59,248 nucleotides of DNA from an uncultured Bacteroidales bacterium (GCA_903929065.1 CAIYTJ010000335.1:1-59248); one strand, 5' to 3'; positions 31,418-41,666 are shown, numbered from the stretch's first letter. Made by a program: numbers and translations. Notes: generated from the sequence alone by a model not told the origin.

Positions 31418-33199
31418 ATGTCTTACAACTTCAAAAACAACATGAATCAATTTCTTAAAAACTTTGTAAAATTAAAATATAATATTACATTTAATCTCGT
31501 TTCAATATTTTGTCTGTTGCTCAATGTATTTTTGTTTAACTATTTAGCTTGCGGTGACAACGTATTAAAGCATTCAGGTTTCTATTTTCATCTGGTTTCC
31601 TGTGTCATCATATTTTTACCACAACTGTTTTTCAATAAAAAAGAAGTTTCATTGGCAATATTGGCCGTCTTTACTATTTATTTACTATGTAACCTGCTAT
31701 ACTACAGAGCCTATTTTACATTATTGCCTCTTGATGCTTATAAAATGACTGCCAACCTGAAAGGATTATCTGAGAGTATTCTTAACTCGTTCAGAATTTC
31801 TGATTTTCTTTTCATCATTCCAGCTTTGATTTCAATGTTCTCTTTCTATTTCTTTTTTAAAAAGAGAATAATAAAAGTTTCTGCAAAATTAAGAATCATT
31901 AGTTTTGCTTCTTTAACATTGTTTTTCGCTCTTCATTTTTTCAATTTATATAGTTTGCAGCGTATTAAATATGATTCTTGGGGTCAGTGGAAGTGTGACC
32001 TCTTTCGAGGTGAATGCAGATTTGGTTTTGTTGATTGCTGGTATTGGCAATTTAAAACCTTAGAAGTGGACAGAACACTAACTAAACAAAACAAAAAGCA
32101 GATTGAGAGTTGGCTTGCATCCCAAAATCACTACATTGGGAAGTCTGCCGGGAAACAGTTTCAAAGTGAAAATATTATTTACATTATAGTCGAATCCCTT
32201 GAATCTTTTCCGGTTAACCTAAGTATTCATGATGTCCCAATTACTCCCAATCTGAATAAATTAGTTAATTCAGGCAAAAGCATTTATTTCCCAAATGTTG
32301 TTTCACAAGTGAAAGGCGGACGCTCGAGTGATGCACAGATTATTTTAAATTCCGGACTTCTGCCACCAAATTCAGGAGCAGCATGTTTTAGATTTGCTAA
32401 CAATAAATATCTTTCATTAGCTAAATGTCTTCATTCTAAAGGATATAATTCTTGCACTTTCACCGGTGGGGATGCTTCTTTCTGGAATGAGGGGGTACTA
32501 AACAAAGATTTGGGGTACGACAATCTTATTTCGATTAACAATTATATCAATAATGAATTTTATTTGTTCGGTCTTACTGACAGTACTTTTTTATCACAGA
32601 CCGCCGGAAAAATTGCGAAACTTAAACGTCCGTTCTTTGCTCAACTTATTACAATGAGCTCGCACGATCCCTATTATCTATTAAAAAAAAGAATTTGTTA
32701 CAAAGCTCCGGATGATTGTCCAGAGGAATTGGGGAGATACCTTAACACAATACATTATGCAGACAAATGTATAGGAGAATTTCTTGACAAACTGGATAAA
32801 AATGGTATTTTAAAAAATTCAAGAGTTATTATTACAGGTGACCACGAAGCATATAAAAAAAGTTTAATAGAATGGAATGATTATGTAAAAAAATTGGGGA
32901 CAATAACCGGATATACACCGTTAATTATTTACAATGCTGGCACTTCATACAAAAACGATGCATACATAGGTCAAATTGATATCTATACATCACTGCTCGA
33001 TTTAATGGGTTTGAACGATTATGGCTGGAAAGGATTAGGTCACAGGGTGTTCTATTCAAAGCAGAATATTCCGGTAGTGGATGCCTGGCTAAATGTTTAT
33101 AACAAAACTATCTCAGACAGTTTGAATGTAAAGCAAATGAAAGAATCATGGAAAATATCAGACTTGATACTAAAAACAAACTATTTCAACAATTTGTAA
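31418..33199 (+). CDS. LTA-synthase-family / sulfatase-like membrane protein
   Basis: About five N-terminal TM helices, then IIVESLE, ITPNLN, GGRSSDAQ, TMSSHDPY, YADKCIGEF and ITGDH; -7 box TATATTTG at 31204-31211. Confidence 0.82.
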   Translation: MSYNFKNNMNQFLKNFVKLKYNITFNLVSIFCLLLNVFLFNYLACGDNVLKHSGFYFHLVSCVIIFLPQLFFNKKEVSLAILAVFTIYLLCNLLYYRAYFTLLPLDAYKMTANLKGLSESILNSFRISDFLFIIPALISMFSFYFFFKKRIIKVSAKLRIISFASLTLFFALHFFNLYSLQRIKYDSWGQWKCDLFRGECRFGFVDCWYWQFKTLEVDRTLTKQNKKQIESWLASQNHYIGKSAGKQFQSENIIYIIVESLESFPVNLSIHDVPITPNLNKLVNSGKSIYFPNVVSQVKGGRSSDAQIILNSGLLPPNSGAACFRFANNKYLSLAKCLHSKGYNSCTFTGGDASFWNEGVLNKDLGYDNLISINNYINNEFYLFGLTDSTFLSQTAGKIAKLKRPFFAQLITMSSHDPYYLLKKRICYKAPDDCPEELGRYLNTIHYADKCIGEFLDKLDKNGILKNSRVIITGDHEAYKKSLIEWNDYVKKLGTITGYTPLIIYNAGTSYKNDAYIGQIDIYTSLLDLMGLNDYGWKGLGHRVFYSKQNIPVVDAWLNVYNKTISDSLNVKQMKESWKISDLILKTNYFNNL

Positions 33200-33638
33200 T
33201 TGTACATCCATTCTCGAAGCGTGGATAATTCCATATATGATATGTTCGGCATAGGCTATATGTGTCCCAACTAAAAGTATGAACATCTGATTTGCACACC
33301 CCAAATCGATTTAGGCTAAAAAAATAAATATTATTGCAAAAGTAATTTGTTTTTATATATTTAACGATCGTACTTGAATTATTTTCTCAAAAGCATTTTA
33401 AACCAAAATAAAATCTCTATTTTTTATAGTATGTGGAGTTGACCATTCTGTTGATCCTGTTTCTTTATATGTCTCGGTTTTAGAAATCCAGTTATTTATA
33501 GTGAGTCATATTCATATATGTAATTCTTTATTTCAACTCCATTTTTTTAAGAATTATGTTTGCATTTGAATCATAGCTTATATTCTTACGTAATGACTTG
33601 ATGTACTATGAACAAAAACTCTAGCTAAAACTTTCCAC

Positions 33639-33669
33639 AAAAAAGCCTGCTCAAATTATGAACAGGCTT
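33639..33669 (-). terminator. trpS intrinsic terminator
   Basis: AAGCCTG...CAGGCTT stem with an A-tract on the + strand (U-tract on the minus strand), 35 bp after the trpS stop. Confidence 0.65.
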
Positions 33670-33703
33670 CCCTATAAACTGTTTACTTTTGACATATACT
33701 AAA

Positions 33704-34699
33704 TCAAAAATTCTTAAACCCAATTATTTCCCGAACTTCGCGAATCGTTTTAGCAGCACTTTCGTGAGCTTTTTCTTTGCCAAGACGCATAACCTTTGCT
33801 ACGTATTCATTATCTGCCGAAATGGCTTTTATCTTCTCGCGGAATGGGTCTGTAAAGGCAATCATATCCACTGTCAGTTGCTTTTTCATATCGCCGTAGC
33901 GAATCTGGCACGTATTGTATTGTTCTTCGAAGAAATTCAATGTTTCCGGTGCTGAAACAACTTTCATCAACTGGAAGATATTCTGAATGGCTTCCGGTTT
34001 GGCCTGGTTTGGTTCTGTCGGACCGCTGTCGGTAACGGCTTTCATTACTTTTTTGCGGATATCTTCCGGTTCGTCAGCTAAAAAGATGGCATTTCCTTCT
34101 CCTTCCGATTTGCCCATTTTGCCGCTTCCGTTTAGTCCGGGAATTTTTACGAGTTCATTACCAAAATTAAATGCCTGCGGTTCAGGAAAGTATTCCACAT
34201 TATACATGCGGTTGAAACGATTGCTGAATTGGCGCGTCATTTCCAAATGTTGTTCCTGATCTTTTCCAACCGGCACTTTGGTGGCTTTGTGAATAAGAAT
34301 ATCAGCAGCCATAAGCGTTGGATAAGTCAATAATCCGGCATTCACGTTTTGCGGTTGCTGGCGTATTTTATCTTTAAATGAAGTGCAACGTTCCAGCTCG
34401 CCGATATAAGCGTTCATGTTCAGAAAAAGATACAATTCGGCTGTTTCCGGCACATCACTTTGAATATACAGCGTACATTTTTCCGGGTCAAGTCCGGCAG
34501 CCAGGTATTCCACCATAACCTGACGCACGTTACCATACAAATCACCCGGTGTGGGATGCGTTGTAAGTGAGTGATAATCAGCAATAAAGAAGTAGCAGTT
34601 ATGCTCATTCTGCATGGTGATAAAATTGCGCAACGCGCCGAAATAATTTCCAAGGTGAAGGTTTCCTGTTGGGCGAATGCCACTAACTACTGTTTCCAT
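33704..34699 (-). CDS. trpS: Tryptophan--tRNA ligase
   Basis: SGIRPTGNLHLGNY (HIGH-like), YPTLMAADIL, VPVGKDQ and KMGKS (KMSKS-like). Confidence 0.97.
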   Translation of the reverse strand: METVVSGIRPTGNLHLGNYFGALRNFITMQNEHNCYFFIADYHSLTTHPTPGDLYGNVRQVMVEYLAAGLDPEKCTLYIQSDVPETAELYLFLNMNAYIGELERCTSFKDKIRQQPQNVNAGLLTYPTLMAADILIHKATKVPVGKDQEQHLEMTRQFSNRFNRMYNVEYFPEPQAFNFGNELVKIPGLNGSGKMGKSEGEGNAIFLADEPEDIRKKVMKAVTDSGPTEPNQAKPEAIQNIFQLMKVVSAPETLNFFEEQYNTCQIRYGDMKKQLTVDMIAFTDPFREKIKAISADNEYVAKVMRLGKEKAHESAAKTIREVREIIGFKNF

Positions 34700-34712
34700 T
34701 AAAAAAATTGAG

Positions 34713-34810
34713 GATTTATGATTTCAGATTTATGATTGAAGAATCGGGTTAATCTCTATTCTCATCTTAAATCTCTCACTATCAACTATGAATTGTCAAC
34801 TATAAACTAA
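34713..34810. repeat. Degenerate heptamer tandem repeats
   Basis: GATTTAT GATTTCA GATTTAT GATTGAA (34713-34740) and TCACTAT CAACTAT GAATTGT CAACTAT AAACTAA (34776-34810). Confidence 0.55.
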
Positions 34811-34813
34811 TAT

Positions 34814-35269
34814 TTATTCTATCGGAATTGTCCTCTTAATTCGTTGGTCGAGTGAAGTAAGTGTTTCGGTAGTTGCCACGCCCGGAATTTCCTGAATTTT
34901 ACCGTTTAGTAAATCCATTAAGTGCTCGTCGTTTTTGGCATAGAGCTTAATCAGGATGGTATAATTGCCAAGCGTATATTGCGATTCCACGATTTCCGGT
35001 ATTTTTTCGAGCTCCTTTACCACTTCTTTGTACATTGAACCCCGTTCGAGCGTGATGCCAATGTATGCACACATCTGGAATCCGAGCATTTTTGGATTGA
35101 CATTATAACCCGAACCGGTAATTACATCGATGTCAATCAACCGCTGAACGCGTTGATGAATGGCTGCACGCGAAACACCGCATAATTCAGCAACATCTTT
35201 AAAAGGCATACGGGCATTCTGAGTAATAATCTGCAGAATTTTTCGGTCTAACTGATCTATTTTTTCCAT
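34814..35269 (-). CDS. Lrp/AsnC-family transcriptional regulator
   Basis: MEKIDQLDRKILQII...GVSRAAIHQRVQRL HTH plus AsnC ligand domain; ATG at 35269; -7 box on the minus strand at 35307-35314. Confidence 0.92.
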   Translation of the reverse strand: MEKIDQLDRKILQIITQNARMPFKDVAELCGVSRAAIHQRVQRLIDIDVITGSGYNVNPKMLGFQMCAYIGITLERGSMYKEVVKELEKIPEIVESQYTLGNYTILIKLYAKNDEHLMDLLNGKIQEIPGVATTETLTSLDQRIKRTIPIE

Positions 35270-35412
35270 GGCTTTGTTTTTTATCAAATGTTTATCATAT
35301 AGGCAGCAAAATTACATATTATAAATTGAAATTGAAAGGTTATTACTAATTTTGTTGCAAATAAACGAATAAAAGATAGATATTTGGTTATTTCACCTTT
35401 CGTTTTGATAAT

Positions 35413-35447
35413 AAAATAGCCGAAGTGAAATCACTCCGGCTATTTTT
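35413..35447. terminator. Intrinsic terminator after the FKBP cluster
   Basis: AAAATAGCCGAAGTG...CACTCCGGCTATTTT stem-loop. Confidence 0.7.
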
Positions 35448-35467
35448 ATATTTACTATCGAAAGAGA

Positions 35468-36400
35468 CTATCGTCTTTGTTGCTGCATTTGTTGTTGCAT
35501 CTGTTGCATTTGTTCAGGAGTCATTTGTGGAGTTGCAGGTGCTTTTTCAATAGAAAGTAATTCAACTTCGAAAATCAGCGCAGAGAAAGGTTTGATTTTT
35601 CCCTGATCGCGGCTGCCATAAGCCAATTCCTGTGGAATATACAATTTGTATTTCGAACCTACAGGCATTAATTTCAAAGCTTCTGTCCATCCTTTGATAA
35701 CCTGATTTGCCTGGAATACGAGTGGAGCTTTACCGGTATTGCTATCGAATTCGGTACCATCCACCAATGTTCCTTTGTAATTTACTTTTACCTGATCGGT
35801 TTCAACCGGAAGCTTGCCGTTTCCTTTTTTGATAACTTCATATTGCAAACCGCTTGCAGTTGTGATAATACCCGGTTTTTTTGCGTTTTCAGCTAAAAAT
35901 TTAATTCCGGCTTCTTTATTTGCACCATACAATCTTTCCATTTTTTTAGCTTGAAGAACCGACATGGTTTTTTGAAGATATTCCTGAGCATCTTTTGGAG
36001 TCATTTGGATTTTTGATCCTCTTAAACCGTTTACCAAACCTTGTTTAATCAGTTTAATATCCACTTTCAATGAAGAGTCGCCCATTAAACCCGATTTTTT
36101 CTGCTCTTTCAAAGCAGTTCCGATTTTGTTACCAAGATCAGCCATTTCAGTGTTTTCTTTTTCAACTTTTCCTTTCATTCCTTCATTAACACCGGCCATC
36201 AAAGCTTCAATAGATTTTTTAGCTGAGTCACCTTTAATGTAGTAATTTTTCACACCATCGCCGTTGGCAAGACCAAATGCATAATTCAAACTATCAATTT
36301 GAGTTTTCAAGGTTGGCATGCTGGCTTTATTGCTGTTGCATGAAGTAAACCCGATTGCGGCTACTAATACCACCGCCAAGATTATATTAAGTTTTTTCAT
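35468..36400 (-). CDS. FKBP-type peptidyl-prolyl isomerase lipoprotein with duplicated FKBP_N region
   Basis: Lipobox [43 protein letters not shown] and LIFEVELL; Gln/Met-rich tail. Confidence 0.9.
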   Translation of the reverse strand: MKKLNIILAVVLVAAIGFTSCNSNKASMPTLKTQIDSLNYAFGLANGDGVKNYYIKGDSAKKSIEALMAGVNEGMKGKVEKENTEMADLGNKIGTALKEQKKSGLMGDSSLKVDIKLIKQGLVNGLRGSKIQMTPKDAQEYLQKTMSVLQAKKMERLYGANKEAGIKFLAENAKKPGIITTASGLQYEVIKKGNGKLPVETDQVKVNYKGTLVDGTEFDSNTGKAPLVFQANQVIKGWTEALKLMPVGSKYKLYIPQELAYGSRDQGKIKPFSALIFEVELLSIEKAPATPQMTPEQMQQMQQQMQQQRR

Positions 36401-36430
36401 TTTTCTGTTTATTATAAATTAGTTGAACTA

Positions 36431-36952
36431 TTATTTAACTGGTTGTGGTGCTTGTTGAGGAGCTGTTTGTTGAGATGGCATAGCAGGTTGCTTTGACGCT
36501 TTTTCCTGTTGAATTTTCATCATGGTTTTTTGGATAAAGTCCTGAGCTTGTTTAGCTGTCATTCCTTTGTCATAACCGTTCAATGCATTAACCAAACCCT
36601 GACGAACTAATTTTTCATTAAATTTCAAGGTCGAATCACCCATTAAACCTTTGGCTTTTTGTTGTTTCAACGAGTTTCCGATTTCCAATCCTAATTTGTA
36701 CATTTCACCTTTGTCAGCTCCTGAAGAGTAAGCTTTATCAATCGCTTTCATAAGTGCAATAATAGGTTTACTTGACGAATCTGTTTTCATGTAATAGTTT
36801 TTAATACCATCACCATTAGCCAGACCAAGTGTGTAGTTCAAGCTGTCATTCTGAGTTTTCAGCGTAGCTGTTTTAGCTTCGTATTTATTGCACGAAGCAA
36901 GCATGAAAATGGCAACCAATGCCACCAACGATAAAATACTTTGTTTTTTCAT
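36431..36952 (-). CDS. FKBP N-terminal (dimerisation) domain-only lipoprotein
   Basis: Colinear with the N-terminal half of 35468-36400 (DSLNYTLGLANGDGIKNYY, GLMGDSTLK, QGLVNAL) but has no PPIase domain. Confidence 0.8.
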   Translation of the reverse strand: MKKQSILSLVALVAIFMLASCNKYEAKTATLKTQNDSLNYTLGLANGDGIKNYYMKTDSSSKPIIALMKAIDKAYSSGADKGEMYKLGLEIGNSLKQQKAKGLMGDSTLKFNEKLVRQGLVNALNGYDKGMTAKQAQDFIQKTMMKIQQEKASKQPAMPSQQTAPQQAPQPVK

Positions 36953-36997
36953 TTGATTATCAATTTATAAATTTCTATTTTTATTCAGGCAATAAAA

Positions 36998-37816
36998 TTA
37001 TTTTTTTGAACTTTTCTTTTTGGCTGGTTTAACTGCTTTCGGCACTTCAACTGCTTTTACTTCCACTTTTGGTGCTTCTTTGAAAGGTTTAATATCCAAC
37101 AGTTCTACCTCGAAAATCAAGGTTGCAAATCCCGGAATCGCTCCATTACCTGCACCTTTTTCACCATAACCCAATGCGTAAGGAATGTAAAATTTGTATT
37201 TTGAACCAACTGACATCAATTGAACGCCCTCGGTCCAACCCGGAATTACCTGATTCAATGGGAATGAAATAGGTTCTCCGCGATCCACCGAACTGTCAAA
37301 TTTTGTGCCATCAACTAATGTGCCTGTATAATGAACCTTTACAGTATCGGTTGCTGCCGGTTTTGGACCTTCTTTTGCAACTAAAACCTGATATTGCAAA
37401 CCGCTGGCTGTAGTTGTAACGCCTTCTTTTGTTTTGTTTTCGGCTAAGAATTTTTCACCGGCCGCTTTTTTCACTTCAGTGTCTTTTGCCTGGGCTTTAG
37501 AGATATAATTTTTGAAAAATTCAGTAGCAACTTCGGGTTTCATTAATGTAGAATCACCTTTCATGGCTGTCGCGAATCCTTTTATTAATAAATCAATATT
37601 CGATTTACCTCCCGGAATACCTTTCAGGTTTTTAGAAAAGTCTGTTCCAACATTCATACCCAATGCATAACTCATTGAATCGACATCGTTAGTCAGAACT
37701 TTTACTGGTGCTGCAACCGGTGCAACTGTTTTTTTTGCTTTTGGTTTGAATAATTGAGCATCGGCCGAAGCAAATACGAGGCTTACAGCCGCTAAAATTA
37801 AAATTGTCTTCTTCAT
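36998..37816 (-). CDS. FKBP-type peptidyl-prolyl isomerase (FkpA/FklB-like)
   Basis: Signal peptide, DSMSYALG, VHYTGTLVDGTKFDSS, VIPGWTEG and LIFEVELL. Confidence 0.92.
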   Translation of the reverse strand: MKKTILILAAVSLVFASADAQLFKPKAKKTVAPVAAPVKVLTNDVDSMSYALGMNVGTDFSKNLKGIPGGKSNIDLLIKGFATAMKGDSTLMKPEVATEFFKNYISKAQAKDTEVKKAAGEKFLAENKTKEGVTTTASGLQYQVLVAKEGPKPAATDTVKVHYTGTLVDGTKFDSSVDRGEPISFPLNQVIPGWTEGVQLMSVGSKYKFYIPYALGYGEKGAGNGAIPGFATLIFEVELLDIKPFKEAPKVEVKAVEVPKAVKPAKKKSSKK

Positions 37817-37872
37817 CTTTTTATAATAATTTTTTAAAGTTTTACTTACAGTTTTCTGTTTGTCGTTTACTG

Positions 37873-38457
37873 CTATATAATTTCAAGTAATTCTACTTCG
37901 AAAATCAATGCGGTATGTGGTGGTATAGCTTGTCCTGCTCCCTGAGCACCATAAGCCAGCTCCGAAGGAATAAATAATTTCCATTTTGAACCGACCGGCA
38001 TGAGTTGCAATGCTTCTACCCAACCGCTGATAACCTGAGTTACACCAAATGTAGCAGGTTCACCACGGCTAACCGAACTGTCAAATACGTTTCCGTCAAT
38101 TAATGTTCCGTGATAATGAACTTTTACAGAATCTGATGCTGTTGGAATAGCTCCCTTTCCGCTCATCATTACTTCGTATTGTAAACCGCTGGCCAACGTT
38201 ATCACTTCAGCTCGTTTACCGTTTGCTGCTAAAAAGGCTTTTCCTTCACCTTGTGCTTTTGCAGTCATTTTTTCCTGCAACGACAGGAAAAATTCATTGA
38301 TAATTGCCTGGGCTTCTTCGTAACCGATTTCCGGTTGTTTTTGTTCCAATACGTCTTGTATTCCTTTGGCCAGTTTGGCAGTATCCAGCGAAGTTACTCC
38401 GCTGCTTAATAAATTGTTACCTAAACTTAAACCTAATGCATAACTTACTTTATCCAT
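37873..38457 (-). CDS. FKBP-type peptidyl-prolyl isomerase (FklB-like, no signal peptide)
   Basis: MDKVSYALG, VHYHGTLIDGNVFDSS, VISGWVEAL and LIFEVELL; ATG at 38457. Confidence 0.92.
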   Translation of the reverse strand: MDKVSYALGLSLGNNLLSSGVTSLDTAKLAKGIQDVLEQKQPEIGYEEAQAIINEFFLSLQEKMTAKAQGEGKAFLAANGKRAEVITLASGLQYEVMMSGKGAIPTASDSVKVHYHGTLIDGNVFDSSVSRGEPATFGVTQVISGWVEALQLMPVGSKWKLFIPSELAYGAQGAGQAIPPHTALIFEVELLEII

Positions 38458-38468
38458 AAATAAAAAAG

Positions 38469-38535
38469 ACCCCAACCCCTAACGGGGCATATTAGTTTAT
38501 ATTCTTTTTTTTATCCCCCTTTAGGGGTTAGGGGT
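38469..38535. repeat. CCCCTAACCCCTAAAGGGG-family inverted-repeat element (copy 1)
   Basis: ACCCCAACCCCTAACGGGG ... CCCCTTTAGGGGTTAGGGGT; same family as 47401-47528. Confidence 0.75.
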
Positions 38536-38548
38536 TTAAAAAACGGTG

Positions 38549-38556
38549 CAAAGATA
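38549..38556 (-). promoter_or_regulatory. -7 promoter box for the FKBP operon
   Basis: TATCTTTG on the minus strand. Confidence 0.55.
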
Positions 38557-38595
38557 GCTGATTTGTTGGATAATAGGGTGTTAATAATCTGAAAT

Positions 38596-40380
38596 TTATC
38601 GTGATGAAACTACAATTGGTAGTTTTTGTTGTTTTCGGGAACCATTTTGGGGGTTAAAAATTTCAAAATAAAGCACATACACTCCAACATTAGCATTTTT
38701 TCCGTTATCTGTTTTTCCGTCCCAGGTCAGAAAACCTTCACTTGCCAGCAATGTGTTTGAAACCAGTTGACGCACCTTCACGCCTACCGCATTGAAAACT
38801 ATGGCATTAGCCACATAACCGTTCAATTCTGTTTTGTATCTTATAAAACAAACATCATCCGTGCCATCGTTGTCAGGCGAAAATGCTTCTGGGTCTACCC
38901 ACACAAATTTTTCTGTTTTTGCTTCTGAAACTAATTCCCTGTATTGCGAATTTTTATAACCGGGTGTTCCATAATTTGTTTCCGATGCAGCTGAATGCCA
39001 CGATACCGGATTTTGTGTGATTAGTTCGGGATTAATGCGCTCTAAAGCAACACCTTTCGGGTTTTTTATCAGGACATGGTGCCAGTTTGAATTGTAAGTA
39101 AGCTCATCATAAATTGTATCTTTGGCTGCATTGCAAAGTACGAGCGTAGTACTTTCGTTATTAAGTGTACTCCATTCGGTGTTAATAATATTGCTCTCAG
39201 GGGGGCAATTGTGGTATTTTCTAACCTTTTCTGCATCCGACGTCATAGCAAGGTAACTTTTTGGTAACATTTGAGTGTTTTTCGGAATGGAATTGCCGGT
39301 GTTCAAAGTACCATCTGTTTTGCGGGTTGTGAATATCAATCCCGACACATCAAGCAGCTTGTCTGTTTTGTTGTAAATCTCAATATACTCTGCCGAACTG
39401 TCAGGATTTTCATACATTACCTCATTAAACACCAAATCATTTGTATCGATGGATTCAATTATTCCGAAAGTTCTAATACTGTCTTTCAAAGAGTTACCGG
39501 CTAAGTCTGTTAGGTTTGAAATTTTGAGATCATAAAGTTTTCCTCGTTCAAAATCTGTGCTGAAACTCAGAATAACTGATTTTTTATCTGCTGATATATT
39601 CTGCGAAGATGGGCTTTCTATTCCATTTGTGACTCCAAACGCAGCTCTCGAATAATCCATAGGTTCTGAAAATCCAAGACTTAATTTGTTAGGTTGCTCT
39701 AATGTGCAGTTAATCCAAACCGGCGGTTCGTTATCTTTGGCTTTATTTCCGGTTACAATAATGTCATCAAAGTAATAATCGGAGCCTGTGGTGGCAGTAT
39801 TTACATACATCAGTCCAAAATAACTGGTTTTTTTCACAGCCGTATTTTGGGCAATTCCTTCCAGAACATAATCAGTTTCACTAACCAACTTGCTGTATAA
39901 CATAAAATTACCAAGTACATCACGCGTCACCTTCACTTTTAATTCGCACGGATTCCGGTCTGTTCGCTTATCAATACCATCAATAATCTTTGTTTTCTTT
40001 GTTCCTTCCTGCAACCAAAGCGATACATCGTCCTGTGTATCACCTATTTTTATAAAATAACCGTTACAACCTGTACTCAGGTCGTTATTGTCTGAGATAA
40101 TATAAATGACGGGATAATTACCTGAAGATGGATTGTAATTAATCTTTACCCAACATTCCCACGATGCATTATCTATTGCTTCGGAAGTTGTAAAAAGCCA
40201 GGAAGTGGAAGCCGAAGCTGCTTTTGATTGAAGTTGTCCTGCAGTATTAACCCAAAAATTGTAAGTTGTTCCTGTCCACACCATATTTTCAGTAAAATTC
40301 CCATCAGAAAAGGTTTCTGTGAACTGTGCAAAGCAAAAAAAGGGCACAAATAACATAAAAATAAACGCTAATTTCTTCAT
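38596..40380 (-). CDS. Lamin-tail-domain / Ig-like protein with T9SS type-B (gliding-motility) CTD
   Basis: Signal peptide, FSEPMD...LTDLAGN Ig-like repeat, LVFNEVMYEN...EYIEIYN (LTD), GTPG and AFSPDNDG...WDG...GVYV CTD. Confidence 0.75.
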   Translation of the reverse strand: MKKLAFIFMLFVPFFCFAQFTETFSDGNFTENMVWTGTTYNFWVNTAGQLQSKAASASTSWLFTTSEAIDNASWECWVKINYNPSSGNYPVIYIISDNNDLSTGCNGYFIKIGDTQDDVSLWLQEGTKKTKIIDGIDKRTDRNPCELKVKVTRDVLGNFMLYSKLVSETDYVLEGIAQNTAVKKTSYFGLMYVNTATTGSDYYFDDIIVTGNKAKDNEPPVWINCTLEQPNKLSLGFSEPMDYSRAAFGVTNGIESPSSQNISADKKSVILSFSTDFERGKLYDLKISNLTDLAGNSLKDSIRTFGIIESIDTNDLVFNEVMYENPDSSAEYIEIYNKTDKLLDVSGLIFTTRKTDGTLNTGNSIPKNTQMLPKSYLAMTSDAEKVRKYHNCPPESNIINTEWSTLNNESTTLVLCNAAKDTIYDELTYNSNWHHVLIKNPKGVALERINPELITQNPVSWHSAASETNYGTPGYKNSQYRELVSEAKTEKFVWVDPEAFSPDNDGTDDVCFIRYKTELNGYVANAIVFNAVGVKVRQLVSNTLLASEGFLTWDGKTDNGKNANVGVYVLYFEIFNPQNGSRKQQKLPIVVSSR

Positions 40381-40550
40381 AATGTGTTATTTTTCTATTA
40401 AAATGAATTACTTTTGCAGTCAATTTCAAAAAAAATGGCTGAACTTTATAAGTATTCAGTCGTTTTACAGTTTGAAGCACAAATGTATAAATAATTTTGC
40501 AATTAGATTAACAATACAGTGTTTTTTCTAAAATAAATAATTTTATCACA

Positions 40551-41561
40551 ATGAGAGTAGCAATTGTAGGTGCCAGCGGCGCCGTAGGCCAGGAATTTTT
40601 GCGTGTGTTGGCCGAACGCAATTTCCCATTGACAGAGCTGGGCCTTTTCGGGTCGAGTCGTAGTGCGGGAAGTGTTTATGAGTTCAAAGGTGAAAAACTC
40701 ACCGTCAAAGAACTTAAACACGGCGACGATTTTAAACCGTATGATTTAGTATTCACCTCAGCGGGTGCAAGTATATCGAAAGAATTTGCCGGAGATATTA
40801 CCAAATTCGGTGCTGTAATGATTGACAACTCATCGGCTTTCCGCATGGATACGGATATTCCATTGGTTGTGCCCGAAGTAAATGCAGCTGATGCCAAAGA
40901 TCGTCCACGCGGTATTATTGCCAACCCAAATTGTACCACCATTCAAATGGTCGTGGCATTGAAAGCCATTGAAAATATTTCGCATATCAAACGGGTTCAT
41001 GTTTCCACCTATCAGGCAGCTTCAGGTGCCGGTGCGGCAGCCATGGACGAACTGGAATTGCAATACAAACAAGTTTTGGCAGGCGAAGAAGTAACGGTAA
41101 GTAAATTTGCTTATCAGCTGGCTTATAACCTCATTCCGCAGGTAGATGTATTTACCGACAACGGTTACACCAAGGAAGAAATGAAAATGTATCACGAAAC
41201 CCGCAAAATCATGCATTCCGACGTGGAAGTAAGTGCCATGTGTGTGCGTGTTCCTGCGTTACGTGCTCACTCCGAAAGCGTTTGGTTGGAAACTGAAAAA
41301 CCGGTTAGCGTGGTAGAAGCACGTGCAGCATTTGCAGTAGCTCCGGGTGTGGAAATGATTGATAATCCGGCCGAAAAGAAATACCCAATGCCGTTGTTCC
41401 TCTCAGGAAAAGATCCGGTACACATTGGACGTCTCCGCAAAGATATTTCGAATCCAAACGGACTGACATTCTGGTGTGTCAGCGACCAAATCAAAAAAGG
41501 AGCTGCTTTGAACGCTGTTCAGATTGCCGAATACCTGATTGCCGAAGGCGATATCAAATAA
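40551..41561 (+). CDS. asd: Aspartate-semialdehyde dehydrogenase
   Basis: [43 protein letters not shown] and [16 protein letters not shown]. Confidence 0.97.
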   Translation: MRVAIVGASGAVGQEFLRVLAERNFPLTELGLFGSSRSAGSVYEFKGEKLTVKELKHGDDFKPYDLVFTSAGASISKEFAGDITKFGAVMIDNSSAFRMDTDIPLVVPEVNAADAKDRPRGIIANPNCTTIQMVVALKAIENISHIKRVHVSTYQAASGAGAAAMDELELQYKQVLAGEEVTVSKFAYQLAYNLIPQVDVFTDNGYTKEEMKMYHETRKIMHSDVEVSAMCVRVPALRAHSESVWLETEKPVSVVEARAAFAVAPGVEMIDNPAEKKYPMPLFLSGKDPVHIGRLRKDISNPNGLTFWCVSDQIKKGAALNAVQIAEYLIAEGDIK

Positions 41562-41586
41562 TTGACTATTAGAACATTTACCATTT

Positions 41587-41623
41587 TAAAACCCTGATTT
41601 CTATATTGGAAATCAGGGTTTTT
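41587..41623. terminator. Bidirectional terminator between asd and the GH28 gene
   Basis: AAAACCCTGATTTC...GAAATCAGGGTTTT perfect stem. Confidence 0.8.
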
Positions 41624-41666
41624 ATCTTTAAATCGTAAATGGTAAATGATTCAATTGTAAATCGGA

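Noticed and set aside
30700-33703. Active integrative element or prophage at trpS
   Set aside because: No integrase, transposase or phage gene is present, and the flanking repeat is heavily diverged. It is reported only as a relic islet.
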